Source: Vitrella brassicaformis CCMP3155 (taxonomy: Eukaryota > Protista > Chromerida). Taken from it: a stretch of DNA of 64,000 nucleotides. A model generated the notes under the pieces. That model saw only the letters and a program-made list of their open reading frames with translations. It had not been told where the DNA came from and did not search any database. The stretch covers positions 1 to 64,000 of the forward strand of contig CDMY01000138.1 in NCBI GenBank assembly GCA_001179505.1, in the 5' to 3' direction. This document shows, piece by piece, positions 36,400 through 50,100 of this stretch (positions are counted from its first letter, which is position 1; each line of letters starts with the position of its first letter). A program made the translations under genes and the position numbers.

Positions 36400-39195
36400 T
36401 CAACGACGCAACCTTCCAGCCCCCCGTTCCTGCCACGCATCGCCGAACCAGCCAGCCAGTCGAGTAAGTCAGTGGGTCAGCCCATTTCTTGCCCCTTCGG
36501 CGGGTCCAGCAAGCCAGCTCATTCAATCCATCAATCCCTCCCTCCATCCTGCCCAAATCGACCGGTCCCCTGTCGTCCCCCCCATCGCTGCCCCCTCGCC
36601 GCCCCCTTGCCGGCAGCTCCACAGACCGGGTCCCCCTCCCCCTCTCCCTCTCGCCCCGGCCATCATCCAGCACCCACCTTCGCACATACGTCACGCTGGT
36701 GCCGTCGTGATCATCGCACAGTGGTAGATGGGCATGCTCGCATCGTCGTGCTCGTCGCCGCGTTCGGCTGAGGCGTCGTCTGGCTCCTCGGGTATGGGCG
36801 GGAGACGGCATGATACACTCACTGTGCAGGGGGTGGGGAGGGGGCGGGGGCGCGCTGGGCAGAAGCGATAATGGGACAGGTCATGTTCCGACAAGGGGCC
36901 CTGCAGACAACAGACGGAGCACACCACAAGGGCGACAGACAGGTGCATCCGTGCCAACGTCAGTCAGCCGATGGGTGGATATGCCTGCGTGCGCTGCACT
37001 GCGCCTTGGCTGTATGCCAACCTTTCGGACTCTTGAAGGACCATATGCGTTTTCTTGACGTCATCGAAGTACAGCTCCCAGTCGTTGCGCTCGTGGTTTC
37101 CCTCCCAAGGTGCGCATCCCAACTGAGTCAGTCCACTGCTGCAGAGGGAAGAGACAAAGACAATATGAGGAAGGGCGATGAGTCTCTCTGCCTTGTTTAG
37201 ACTCACCACCAGCGGGCGTGTGTTGTCGTCTCCGAGCAAAGCGGCAGCCTGGTCACACTCGGCTGCCTTGGCAGCGTAGCCACGACGCCGAAGCTCGTGA
37301 GTGACACACCTTGACAACGCCGCCTGTGTTGGTCGTCTGCCGTATAAGGGACACGTTCTTGCGGCCACTCAGTCAGGGTCTGCACACAACACATGCCAAA
37401 CAGCCACACATGCCAAACAGCCACACATGTATGCGGGAGGGGTCGATAGTTCACCTTAATTGTCGAACTCGTCGAAGAGGTTGTCGAGCTGCGGTTTTCG
37501 TTGACTCGGATTCATAGAGTCCCACTCTGTCACACTCTCAGGAACACCGATGACCTGAATAAATGACACATGGGCAAGGAAGAGAAACCTCGAAAGGAGT
37601 ACATATGTGATCGCACGATGTCTCATTTGCTCACGTGGTGCTTGCAGATCCATCCCAATCCATCCATCCATCCCAAGAGGCCACACAGTGAGGCCGCCCC
37701 GCCACCAGTCAGCAAGGGGGCGACGACAACGCTCCGAGAGCGCCTGGTGAAGCGGCGTCGGCAGGCACATCACCAGACAGACAGACCTGCAACAAACATA
37801 CACAAACAAACATTGCAAACCGGCAGGTCTCTGTCACTCTCGGATGGATCTCTCACCGGGCAAATGACAGCCGTCCGTCGATGTCTGTCGCTGCACCGCT
37901 CACAGCGCTCTGCTCGCCCGCCTCATGGACGCACTCACTCCCACGTCGGCTGCACTGCGCGACGTGTCCAAGACCAAGGCTGAACACATAACATACACAA
38001 GGGAGAGAAGGCACTGGCTTATCTGCACTGTCTTCCTTCTGGCACCGCACCCAGGCGGCTCACCGCACATCAGATCTGCCAGATGACCCTCCTCATTCAC
38101 TCAGTCATGCCCTCGTGTCATCCTTGGCCGCTCGCGGGCGCTGCCCGCTGACAAACAGACAGAGAGGGAAGGACACCTGCAGTCCGACCAGATCTCATCG
38201 TCGCCCATCAGCAGTCTGTCTGCAGTGCTCTCTCTCCTTCGGTCACCTGGTTGGCTCTGATTCCTTAGGACCCCCGACAACACACATTTAAGCGCCAGAT
38301 CACCGCTCCCCTCAGAAGATCGTCCGTCACATTCAATTTCTGAGCTCCCGGGCCCCATCCAACGCACTTTGGCCCCATCGCCCCTTCCTCCCCTCCCCGA
38401 TCGCTTTGCGAGCTTAGCTCGGTGATTCGCAAATGAAGCATTCGCTCGCTGCTGCAGTCATTCCCTCGAGCAGGCCAGGGCCTGCCAGACACAACCAAAA
38501 CCGAAGCAGTCACGAGATTCTTCTTCGGTGCTGGCTTGTGTTGTTCTGACCTGGTGCTCATCCCCCTGCTGTCTGATGGCCCCTGGAGCATCTCATTGGC
38601 CTCTCCGACGTGGCTCATTCCCCTCTGTGGCTCTGAATTGCCCTTCGACTCGTTCCCACCAGCTGAGGCGAGAAAAGTGGCTGAGGTCTTCCCGCAGCAG
38701 TGCAGCAGAGCTGAGCTGAGCGTCAAGGCTGACGGCATCCAATCCATTGCACATCAGCCGCCGGATGCCACAGAGGCGCATCGCATCCGTGGGGGCCAGG
38801 GTGGTCTCCGGTCTCTCCTTCTCAATGCCTTTGGTTGCCTTGGCTGTCGGCCTGCTGGTCATGGCCCTGCTGCTGCTCAGTCGTGTCACGCGGCACGCCA
38901 AAAGGGCAGCCGAACGGCACGGCGGACGGCCTCGCCCTCCACACCTTCACAGCCAGATCAGACAGACAGACGATGAGATAGATGCTCATTGCTGACTCTG
39001 TTGGTCGCTGTGGTTGGTGTGGTTGTCCTTGATCAGATGCTCATCGTCCTGTTGTTGCTGCTGCGCTGCACTGCGTTGCGGTGCGTCGAGCAGTCGGCGA
39101 GCTATAGCCGAGACAGATCCGAATCCTTGACGGAACCACATCTGCGAGGCTTGGCGTGTACTGTCGTAGACGTCAAAGGAAACTGGTCTGTCCAC
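36400..39195 (-). CDS. Hypothetical multi-exon gene, divergent from the AP2-like gene
   Basis: Coding-like segments bounded by splice signals (MDRPVSFDVYDSTRQASQMWFRQGF; LLREDLSHFSRLSWWERVEGQF; PESVTEWDSMNPSQRKPQLDNLFDEF; PWEGNHERNDWELYFDDVKK). The structure is unresolved and may be more than one gene. Confidence 0.4.
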
Positions 39196-39584
39196 TGAGT
39201 TACAGGTCGGTCATCGTGCTGCTTTGATCTTTCCGGTCCCGCCGCCCGCGCCACAAAGCAGAAGGTGAGAGTCACAGTGAGTGGCAGCCAACCAGATCTT
39301 CAAGAGGACAGACGAGCAGGAGACTCACCCATCCCACCGCAGCAACCCTTTTGCGTGCCTGCCTGTCACTTCAGGCTTCGTCGCATCTTGTGCGTTTCAC
39401 CCGCTCCTGACGCAATCGGTGACTCAAGTGAGCTGAGCTGCACTCGCACAGCACTCTGCACCTCACGGCCACTGCTGCGCACCCACTTGTCAGAAACCGA
39501 TTGCCTTTCTGTGTGTCTCTGGGTGACTGACTGTGTGTAGGTGCTGCTTCCATCCGTCTCGCGGTCAGACATACTCGCGCGAAC

Positions 39585-41170
39585 ATGAGCAGCCGTGTTA
39601 AACGCCGGGTCGGCCATGATGGAGGTACGCGTAATTGGGTGTGCGCAAAACTGAAGTCGCCTCATCCATCTCCGTTGCGTGTGTCCGTGTGTCATTTTTT
39701 GTCCATCAGGTGCCACTGCTTTGTCACAAAGCTCAGGCAGGTGCGCGACCAGGTGGAGGCTCTGTACGTCTACGCAGACGAGAGAGGAGTCAAGGTCTGC
39801 CCCAAGAAGGCCTCCGGCAGGAACGTCAAGAGCTTCTCCGTCAGCACGTACAAGACCCTCCGCTCTGCCATTGAGTCGGCCATCCGCTATAGAAATGGGA
39901 TCTACAAGAGCCAGCCCATCATCGGGTGGGAGGAGCTGCTGGAGGCGCACACCTTCCCTGACGATAACGATCAGGTGAGGAGCACGGGGGCCGGGAAACG
40001 TGGGTCAAAGAGAGGATCGACGCGGTCAGATGTCTCTCGTCTGATCTCTGTGTACGTCTCCAGGACGCTGGCGGTTCGCGCAACGCCGACAAGAGCACCA
40101 AGCGGCGCCGGACAGGTAGGCATGGATGGGGGAACGGATGGGGGGCACATGTCTGTCTGTCGCTCATGGCGTCGTTGTCGTGTCACCTGTGGGTGGGTAT
40201 GTGTCAGGCTCCCGTCGCGACTCGGCCAACGACCACCACATGCCGCCCTCTGCAGAGGAGGTGCTCTTCCCTAATCCCCCGCCCAACACCTTGAACGGGG
40301 GCCAAGCTGCTGCTGCTGCTGCTGCTGCCGCTGGTGGCGGTGGTGGTGGTCCCCCCGCACTCGCACCGCCACCGCCACCAGCGGCGCACAACGGTGACCG
40401 CGTCAAGGAGGAGGTGGGAGAGGGCGGCGTCGGGGGTGCTCAGCCTGAGCAAAACGGTGGCGCCTTCGAGCGAGAGGGAGGCGCCGGTGCGGGCGGCGCT
40501 GCGCCCCAGTCTGAGGAGCACGGGGGCCACGTCAAGCGGGAGGGAGAGGGCGGGGAGGGCGAGGGCGGGGAGTGGGCTGGTGAAGGCCAGCCTGCCGGGG
40601 GGGGCGGCCGCGTCTACGTCAAGCAAGAGGAGGAGGGTCAGTCAACACACGCACAATGAATGTCATGGACGTGGACCTGTATGTCTGCATGTGTTTGTGT
40701 GCGTGTGTGCACTGCAGAGACGTTCGTGACGCTAGAGCTGTCCCAGCTCAAGACTCAGGACATCATCAACATATGGGGGCTGGACGCGAACCTCCGAGAC
40801 CTCGTCGGCAAAGTCGAGCAGGTACACACGCACACAAGTCGAGAAGGTGATGGGATGGGATGGGATGGGTGGGATGGGATGGTGTGTGTGTGGTTCGGTC
40901 GCTTTGTGTGTCTACCCATCTCTAGTTCAAGGTGCATGGCCAGTTGCTTGCTGCGGTCCTGGACATCCCCAACTGGCGCAACGACCTGAAGGTGTGGGAC
41001 AAGGCACTGGGAGGCCACTTCGTGTTGGGCGAGATGTCATACATCAACGGGTGGCTCAAAAGAATCGACCCACATGCGGTGAGTGACTTAGTGAGTCAGT
41101 CAGTCAGTCAAGCCCACCTGCGAGTGTGTGTGTGTGTTGGTTTCAGGTGCAGGTGCCTATCCTGGGCTGA
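39585..41170 (+). CDS. AP2-like (ApiAP2-type) DNA-binding protein with a C-terminal SAM-like domain
   Basis: VKSFSVSTYKTLRSAIESAIRYRN resembles the AP2 K.FSV..YG...A...AI..R motif. An Ala/Gly/Glu-rich linker follows, then C-terminal ELSQLKTQDIINIWGL..LVGKVEQ|FKVHGQLLAAVL..LGEMSYINGWLKRI. The first-intron phase is unresolved. Confidence 0.55.
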
Positions 41171-41990
41171 CGTAGACACACTGCCCGCCCTGACAGTGAT
41201 GCGGTGGGTGATGATATGTTCACAGAGAGAGTCCGCACTAGTATGCCATGACATCCCTGACGGCATCTGTCCTGTTTGTGTGTTGCAGACACATGGCTGG
41301 CTGTCCGGTACCTTCGGTGCGTGGCTTTGCTGTGAAAGTGTTTTCTTCTCTCACTCTCGCCCACCCACCCTGTCTTGTCGGCAGTGACGGGCTGTTTTGC
41401 TGACACGGAGGCCATCATCTGTAAGGACATACAGACATACAGACGTACATACATAACGCATATGTCGTCGGAGTGATGTCTGTCTGCATGGTTCATGTCG
41501 CCTGCGTGTGGCCCCCTCCCCCCCTCTCTCTCTCCCCCGCATGGACTTGTGTGTGAGTGCTTCATGTTTTGTGGCATGTGTGACGCGGAAGTCTCTGTGA
41601 GCGTGTCGTGTGGGACGGAGTCGATGCTGATATGTCGTCCTGCCTTTGCCTTTTATCCAGTCAGATGGTTTAAGATGATGCCTGTCGGTCTTGCATATCT
41701 CTGCCTTCTGCCTTCCTGCCTGTCTGCACGTGTGCGACCCAGCTGCCAATGGGCACCTTGCATGTCGTCTTGGTTGGCCCTCCTACGCATAATGACTGAC
41801 TGAATGAAGGACTTGTATTGTGTTGCGTCGTGTGGTGTGGTGTGGCGTTGGGTGGGGCGGGCCGGATTGATTGACTGATTGATCAGGTGCACGTGCCTGC
41901 CTTCACGTGTGCGACTTACTGACCAAACAGACAGACAGACAGACTGACTGACAGGCAGTGACTGGTTGCTTCAGAGCGACCTTTGTGGCC

Positions 41991-42810
41991 GTGTGTCGCT
42001 CACTCACCGATGAGTGGCGGCTGGATATCCATCATGCAGTCCGTCTGTATTGTTCTGATGCAGTCAGCGGTGCGGTTCGTGGCTGCCTGCGATGGAATCA
42101 CTGTCTGTGTTCATGTGCACGAGTGCGGGTGGGTGTGGGCCTGTGACGCGACGTGACGCGACGTGGTGTGGTGTGGCACGGCAGAGGGGCGTTTGTGTGA
42201 GAGAGACCTTAGTGTGTATGCGCTGCCTGTCTGCCACCGATTCTTTCAAGCTTGTGTGTGGCGTCTGCCGGTGTGATGTGACTGGTGTGATGTGACATCT
42301 CTGTCGTGCTGTGTGGTGGCTGCCTCCCTGCCTCCCTGCCTGTGCATCGCTCTCTTTTTGGTCGCCCGTCTTTTGCTCTATGGTGCCATGACAGACAGAC
42401 AGACGAACATACAAACAGACAGACAGACAGACAAACAGAGAGGGAGACAGCCAGACGGACGGAATGCGCGTGTGGCTGGTTGCTTGAGCGACCTGTGTGA
42501 AAAGTGGGGCGGATTGATTGATCGTGGTGCTTCATGACATGCACTCGTTTCGTGCCTGTCTGCCTGTCTGCCTGTGTGCGACACTGTCGATCGTCAAGCG
42601 TCCTTTTGTCTGTCACAGACAGGCAGCGGCTGAGAGCGAGAGGGGAGAGGAGTGGAAGGGATGCTCGTGTGTCGCACTCACCGATGAGTGGCGGATGGAT
42701 ATCGATGGACCGGTCTGTATTGTGTTGATGCAGTGGATCTTGCGTACCTGCCTGCGATGGAATGAATGTGTTCATGTGTGTGTGAGTGAGTGCGTGTGTG
42801 GGCGCGTGAC
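41991..42810. repeat. Diverged direct repeat pair (about 41991-42150 and 42668-42810)
   Basis: Shared core gtgtcgc..actcaccgatgagtggcgg.tggatatc..tctgtattgt..tgatgcagt..gcctgcgatggaat..tgttcatgtg. Confidence 0.7.
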
Positions 42811-43415
42811 AGCGACGTGAGTGCGGGCAAGTCCTTCCCACTTTTGTGGCAGCCATGACCCTGTGAGCGTCACCCTCTCTCTCCCTCTGTGCACGTGCTT
42901 CTTGGTTGGGTGTGCGTGGGGGCTGAGCCTGGCCGAGCCTGGCCGAGCCCGTGTGTGTGCTCTCCGCTACCCCCCAGCGACGCTCAAACACAACAGTACC
43001 CAACAGACGTTCTGCTTGTCCGTGTCGTGTCGTCTTGCCTCTGCCTTTTATTCGGTTATGACGTTTCAAGATGCATGACGTGGGCCACTGTGTTGCGCGT
43101 GTGATGACTTGGCGGGGTGTGGTGTGCCGAGGACACAGTCATTTCTTTGCCTTTTTCCTTTGTATGCCTTCCTGTCTGCCCGGCCCTCTCTGTGTTACTC
43201 TGTTGCCAGGCACCCACTCCCTCACGCGCACACGTGGCTCAATCGTCCAGCGCCTCTCTCTCTATTATCTCTATCTGAGAGTGCATGTGGGTTGTCCGCA
43301 GCCATAAGCGGAAACATTTCTGAGTCTGACTGTGCGATTGATGTGTCCACCCCCCTCCCCCCTCCTCCCTCCCTCTCTGCACGTCTGCGTGGTGTGCGCC
43401 GATTTTCGTAAAGTG

Positions 43416-43447
<32 letters not shown>

Positions 43448-44118
43448 CGGGTGCCTAGAGCACGTCACGGAGTGTGGGTGTGAGGTGAAGTGCGGTTCGT
43501 GTGGAACACTCGAGGCGAGGGTGATGCGATGCGACACGTGACTCGATGGATGTGTTGGCGAGACGAGGTCACTGGCTAGGTCACTGGCGCACAAAAGGTC
43601 TTGGTTCCACACAAGGGTCGCTGACCCGACCACTCACATGAACAGACAGGTAGAGAGGGATATGTATATATAGAGAGAGGGGGAGAGAGAGATGGGCGTG
43701 TCGGCGCATTTTGTGCATAAACAAGACGATGAGTTCAACACACAAAACTGTCCTTCAGTCACCTTTGCACTCGATCTCTATGGGCTCGTCCCATCGCACC
43801 TCAGCGCATCACCACCATGGCAGCTTGAATGGCAGCAGGCAGGCATGCCCATTCACATTCGGCTGTCCCCCGAATATGATGGCCTCGAGTTAGGGGAGAC
43901 TGTCGACGTATAATGCTGCGTCTTGCAAAATTTTGACGATTCCATGGGCGACGATGCGCGACATGGCGAATGAGGTGGCTCCCAGAGTCAACTGGCTGCG
44001 CCAAGAGGAGCTGATCAACGGTGCCGTCTCAAGTTCGTCGCATTGCCAAATGCAGTGGAGCCCCTCAATCACTCAGTCTGTGGCGTCGGCTGCGCAACGG
44101 CAGCTGAGCAAGACACAC

Positions 44119-47100
44119 ATGGTGAAGGGCTTTCTCCTCCTCGCCCTTCTCGTGGCGCCCGCATGCACTCAGTGCCCATCTGTCAGCAACTCCACTGCTA
44201 TTAATTGTCCTTCCCGCCTACTGGAAGTGGCCGCCGGTTCCCGCAGGCAGCCTATGATTGGAGGCTATGGCGACAGTGCGGACGACATCCATGGGCAGCT
44301 TGTCGGCCAGAGCAGGTGGCGTGAGATAGAGGGAAGAATGGATGCGGGCGAGAAACTGCCGCCCTGCCAGACGAGGCAGGCGGAGGTTTTTTCGCTGCGA
44401 CTGACCCGCAACGACAAGCGGCTGCCATGGAGCTGGCACGATGATGCTCAGGGCGCCAATGCCGAGGTGCTGGATGCAGAAGACCACCCACCCTTCCTGA
44501 GGCAGATGTACGCATGCACTTAATATACTCCGGACACTGCTCAGTCTTGTTGTTTGTGTCTCTGGCTCATGCCAGCACCGACCCGCACACGGGCCGGGAG
44601 GTCTCTTGGCTGGGCTTCGGTCCAGGTCGCTACCTTGTGACGCCACCTAATGGAGACCGCCGAGTCTGCTATCGCTGGGCAGAGAGCCAAAACGAAGGAT
44701 TCACCTCCGCAATCCTCATCGCTTTCGACCATCCTCCACCGCCTGGGAAGCCCATCGTCTTTCTCGACACATGGTTCGGCTTCCGTCTCGGCGCGTCCGC
44801 CGCCTATGACTATGAGCATGTCCAAGGCCATTCCGACAGTCGGGAGCTGGATGTGGACCCGGATGCGATCAACTTGGGGCTGATCGACCTACAAGCGAGA
44901 GAGCAAGACACGCCATTGGAGGAGGCTGGCAGCAAAGGGAGTCAGCCACAAGGGCACGCTCCGCCTGCCGCCGGGATGGTGCGGACGTGCTGGCGGTCGG
45001 CCGCGGGCTTCGTCTATCACTTTGTCATGTCGCAGTCGACTTTGCAGATCTTCAAGATGGGCAAGATGATCGGAGAGGTAGCTGTGCCAGCGGCCATTGC
45101 GACCAACATGCTGACACCGAGCCCTCTATCGCTGGGATGCGACCACAGGGGCAGTAACTGTTTGAAAGGGAGGGTGAGGTATATGCATTATGTCAACTCG
45201 GGCACTCTGACCTCCGACATGAGCGGCGCCGCGCAACAAGTCGCCGACAATAGTGTCTTCTTTCGTCCTGTGTCAATTGGATCGACAGAGAAGTGTCCTC
45301 CCTACGCGCAGGTGCTATTGGCTAACGGCGATCCTGTTGAGGCCTACGTCGGCAAGCCAGCCGAGCGACCGAGCATCACTCACGCTGCCAAATATCTCCG
45401 GCGGGCGATGCCTCACGGCTCGTTGCTGAGTCTCAGGTGTGTGACCGAGGGCGCCAACCTGACGTACCACGGGAGTGGCGTGGAAGAGGACACCATCAAG
45501 TGCGGCGCCGTCAAGAGCGGAGAGTGGCCCGCAAGGATACTCGAGTGCATGAGTAAGCCAGTATTCATATGCCAACTCAGACGCGATGGATCGATGGATA
45601 TTTGCCGGCTGTCTGTGTCTGCAGAGGACTGCGACCCGACCAATGCCACATGGTGGAATGATACCGACTTGGGTGGTGCCGCTGTCAACCCTCGGTACAA
45701 GCTCGTCTCCCCCCGGCGCGCCACGAGACTGCGACACGGCGAGAGAGTCCAAATGCAGTGCGGCCCGGGCTATCTGCCACCCGTCAATCTCCCCTCCGAG
45801 ACCACCCTCTGGTGCAACGACGGCCACCTCGATCAGCTGGATCTGCCATGCAAAGGTGTGCTAGGGAGGAAAGGTCCAAACATTTTGATTGTTTATTGTG
45901 TCGTTGTCTCACTCATGTCTGCCTGTAGATATGTGCCCTTCGTTGATCCTGGCGCCGCCCGACTACACTCAGCCTCTTTCCCGTGTGCGCTATCGTGTCA
46001 CGGGTGGCGAGCAGGGGCGCCCAGAAGGCGCCACCCGCACCATCCGATGTGCCGAGGACTACCGCCCCTCAACGACTAGCGGGTACAAGCAAGATTCCCA
46101 GGTCATCTACTGCCGCCAAGGAAACTGGACGGATGTGGCGCTCCAGTGCATCGGGAGCTGCGGCCAGTTCCGGTTCCCTACACATGTCGACGCCACACGC
46201 TATGTGACCGACCCGCCATACGGCGAGGTCGCCACAGGTGCGTCAGTGACGGTGTCGTGTGCTGCGGGGTTTGTGCCGAGGAAAGGGCAGAAGGCTTCTG
46301 AGCGACTCGACTGCGTGTGCTTCGGCAAGAAGGACCAGTGCGACGATGCCCACCGCTGGAGGTACACCGAGCCGCGCCTCGACTGCAAAGCCTCGTGTGG
46401 ACGCCATCCCTTCGACACCAACACCACGGACCTCTACACGGTCGACTACGGCAACACAGTGCAGTCAGTCAGTCACAAGCATGCAGCCCCCACTGTGCCC
46501 TACCTGTCGGAGGTGCGCATCACATGCAACGCCACGGCTGGGTATGGTGTGCGTTACGGTCTCGAAGAAGCAGTCACGTCCCAGTGCACTGGAGGAACCC
46601 GAGACAGCAGCGACCCGTACACAAGAGTGGACATCCAGTGCTACAGTCAGAGGGGGGGGGGGAGGGGATCACGGACAAATGAGCGGGCACAGGAGACACA
46701 AGCTGTTTCTCTTTGAATGCACGCTGTCCTTGCAGGGAAGTGCCTGAGCCCTCCTGAGTCGATGCTGCCGTCCGGCGATGCCAGCAGGAAGTATTTGCTG
46801 ACGTACACGGGAGGTGCGCCGCGGACGGTGCCTTTCCTGCACGGCAGCTCCGTGGCTCTCTCCTGCGCAGCTAACGCCCACAAGGCCACCGACCAGATGG
46901 TCGACAAACAGACACTCGTGTGCATGGACGGCAACTGGACTCAGCGGGCTCTCACCTGCAAAGGTAGGTAGGCAGGTACACTAGCAGACAGACAGACAGA
47001 CAGTATAAGCCGAGCAAAGCTTAGAAACATGCTGCTGTCTGTCGTGGATGTTTCAATTTATCGATCAGCTGACTGCGGCCCTTGGACGCCGCTACCAACG

Positions 47101-50100
47101 ACCCGTTTTCAGACGTTGCCCCCGCAAGAGGAGCTGGTGCAGAGTCCTTCCCAGCTTCATGGCTTTAGGGTGCGTGTACAGTGCCAGCGAGACCGATCCA
47201 AGGCTGCCGTCACAGACCGCGAGCTGCCCAACGAGGAACAGCACGTCACCTGCCTAGACGGGCAGTGGACCCCTCTGACGATCCTCTGCAAAGGCATGCA
47301 CACACACATGCACACACCCGCACACACAAGAACACAGAAGCAGAATACATCCGCATGTGCTATCTCAAGCGGCTCCCACCTGTTTGCAGTTCCATGTGGG
47401 AAGCTTTCTTTGAAAGGGCCGTCGTCTCTGCTGACTACCGCCGGCCAGGGGGTGTCGTTCAGGTGGCCGGAGGGAGCTGTGCCCGAGCCGCGTGCAGTGA
47501 GCGACATGTATGTCCTCAGCAGTGAATCGCCGCTAAGAAGTCCTTCGCCCCACGGCACTCGGGTGACGATAGAGTGTGACACGGCCCAGCACTTCCATCC
47601 CTTCGCCGGCCCCGACACAAAGGACATCGTATGCACCGACGGGCATTGGAGCCAGCAGGACATAATATGTGGACGTACGTACGTACACACAAAAAGGACC
47701 GACCTGGCACACCACACGGCGCTACATAACATACTGCACGGGCAGCACTGCACTGCACACATGTGTCTCCTCTCTCTTTCCCTTCCACCTCTGTGTGCCT
47801 GTGGGTGCCTGCAGCTGACTGCCCCGTCTTCCCGTCCTTCGGCCCCCCATCCTTCTACCACTACACCAGCCTGGTCCGCCGGGTCTCATCCGTCGATCGC
47901 GTCATCGCACCCGAAGCCGCCAAGGCACCCTCCCTCGAAGCCCCAGTCGCTGTCATCAGCCCAGTGGCCCAGGAATTCTACCGCAAGGCTAGCTACCAGC
48001 CATGCGGCGCAAAGCTGAGCGTCCAGTGCAACCAACAAGGGAACTTCGCCCCCAGGATGGGTCCACGCCCAATGCGATCGAGACGGTGACGTGCGATCGT
48101 GGACGGTGCGAATTTAGAAATGTGTCAGTTCTTGCACGTGTTGGTTACCCTTCATTTCAGCATCGTGGGCGGTGGCACTTTCGAGTAAGCGTCGAATCGT
48201 GGGCGACATACTAAGGTGGAGTCCCTCATGTGTCTCCACAACGCCGCAGGTGTATGGCGCCGTGTGGCCCCTACCCGATTGAGAGGCTGTCTTTTCCTGA
48301 GCTCTACAGCATAAGGCCTTTGTCGTCGGCGCCGCCGAGAGAGGAGGCGGGAGAGCCCGAGGAAGGGGGCGCTGAAGAGAGGCCCGCGCCACTTTTCGTG
48401 CATGGCAGCCGGCTGCTGATCAAGTGCGACACGGCCCAACGTGCCGCTGCGACGCCCAGAGAGCCCGGGCAGGTCTCTGCCGTGTGTGTCAATGGGACAT
48501 GGTCTCCCGTCCCGCCACCCTTCATCTGCTCACGTGAGCTGCGCCCACAGACATCCAGACAGACAGACAGACAGGCAGGCAGGCACCTGTGGATATGTGT
48601 GTGTGTGCGTATGTGTGTGTTGTGCTGTGTTGTAGAGGAGTGTGTGGCCCCGCAGCTGCCGGCCTCCTACGAGGTGATGGGCACGGTCAAGTCCGCCTAC
48701 AGGCACGGCGGGTGCAGATCCGGTGCTTCACCGAGAGGTCCTTCTACAACGCCACCGAGAGCAGGCCATCCAACCCACAGACCGCCACTATCGTCTGTCA
48801 ACACGGCCACTGGTCTGAGCCGAACCCACGACTCGAATGCCGAAGTGGGCAATCAAAGACAGCTGCAGACCGTGACCCCCCGCCTATATATTTTGTGTCC
48901 GCTCAGAGTCGTGCCGCGACCTCTCAGAGGTTATCGATCACGACAGGTTTCCTTTCCGCCTTGTCTCTGAGCCTGAGGAACTGCAAGAGGACGCGGTATG
49001 CGAAGGCGTCCCCCGGCCACGACCCACCGAGCCGCCATCCACCACGCCTTTGCCGGAAAACGCCAGTGCTCTCGTCAAAGCCCTCGCCATGATACCCCCG
49101 ATGGAGCCCGACCCTGCCGCCACCCGCCCCAGGATCGACTTCCTTCTGTCTGACTTCCCGCGGCACGGTTCGTGAACACACATGAAAGGCGCCCGTTCCG
49201 TCTCGCTGTTTGTGCCTCCCTCTGAATATGCCGTGTGTCTGTCTCTGTGCATGCCATGCAAGGCAGGTTCGTGTGTGATATTCGGGTGTGCGGTGGGCGA
49301 GGGGGCAGATGTGGAGTCATTGCAATGGCGGTCGGTGTCGTGTGCTGCGCCTGGGGACACGCGCGGCAACTGGAAGGATGTGTTTGGGTCGAATGACTGC
49401 ACGACGCTGCGGTGCCTGGATGGGCAATGGACGCCGAGAGAGTTTGACTGTAAAGGTGAGAAGACGATGTCAGGCAGGCTACACGAGCCTTGTACGCATG
49501 AGAGAGAGTGTGTGTGTGCATGTAGATGACTGTCCTCCGCCCCTCAGCAAGAGGCACCTGCCGGGTGTGGTCTATGTCGAGGAGCACAAAGACGTATACA
49601 AACACGGAGAAGTCGAGTACCTCCAGTGTACAGGCTATGATAGGATCGCCAGCGGCTTTGCGGCCCTCCCGCCCCACCCCACTGATCACATCGAGACCGT
49701 CACATGCGACGCAGGGCGCTTTGAGGACGTCACCTTAATTTGCAGAAGTGAGCGACCAAATGATACCGTCCTAAGAAAATATGCCATTCAAGTGGCCACA
49801 TGGTGATCAGAGCGGTGTCCCCCGTTCTTCCCCCCCTTTGCTCCACTCGAGGCGTATGTGGTGTCTCCCACGCCTGTGTTCGACCCCGCCCTTCTCGACG
49901 CCGACCGCAGAGTGTTCCTCTACCAGCTGAACCCCGCTGAGGCGGACATGAAAGCCATGGCGGCTTTGGAGCCCCACTTCCGGCACAACAGTGGCCGGTG
50001 GATAGAGTGCGCCAAAGGGTGGAGCGACCCCTCTTGGCCCGCGCCCCGCCCCGACTTTGTCGAGTGCTACAATGGCACCTGGGCCCACCAGATAATCAGA

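Noticed and set aside
39585-39720. Possible frameshift at the first intron of the AP2-like gene
   Set aside because: Several alternative donors or acceptors, or intron retention, keep the frame open, so no lesion can be claimed.
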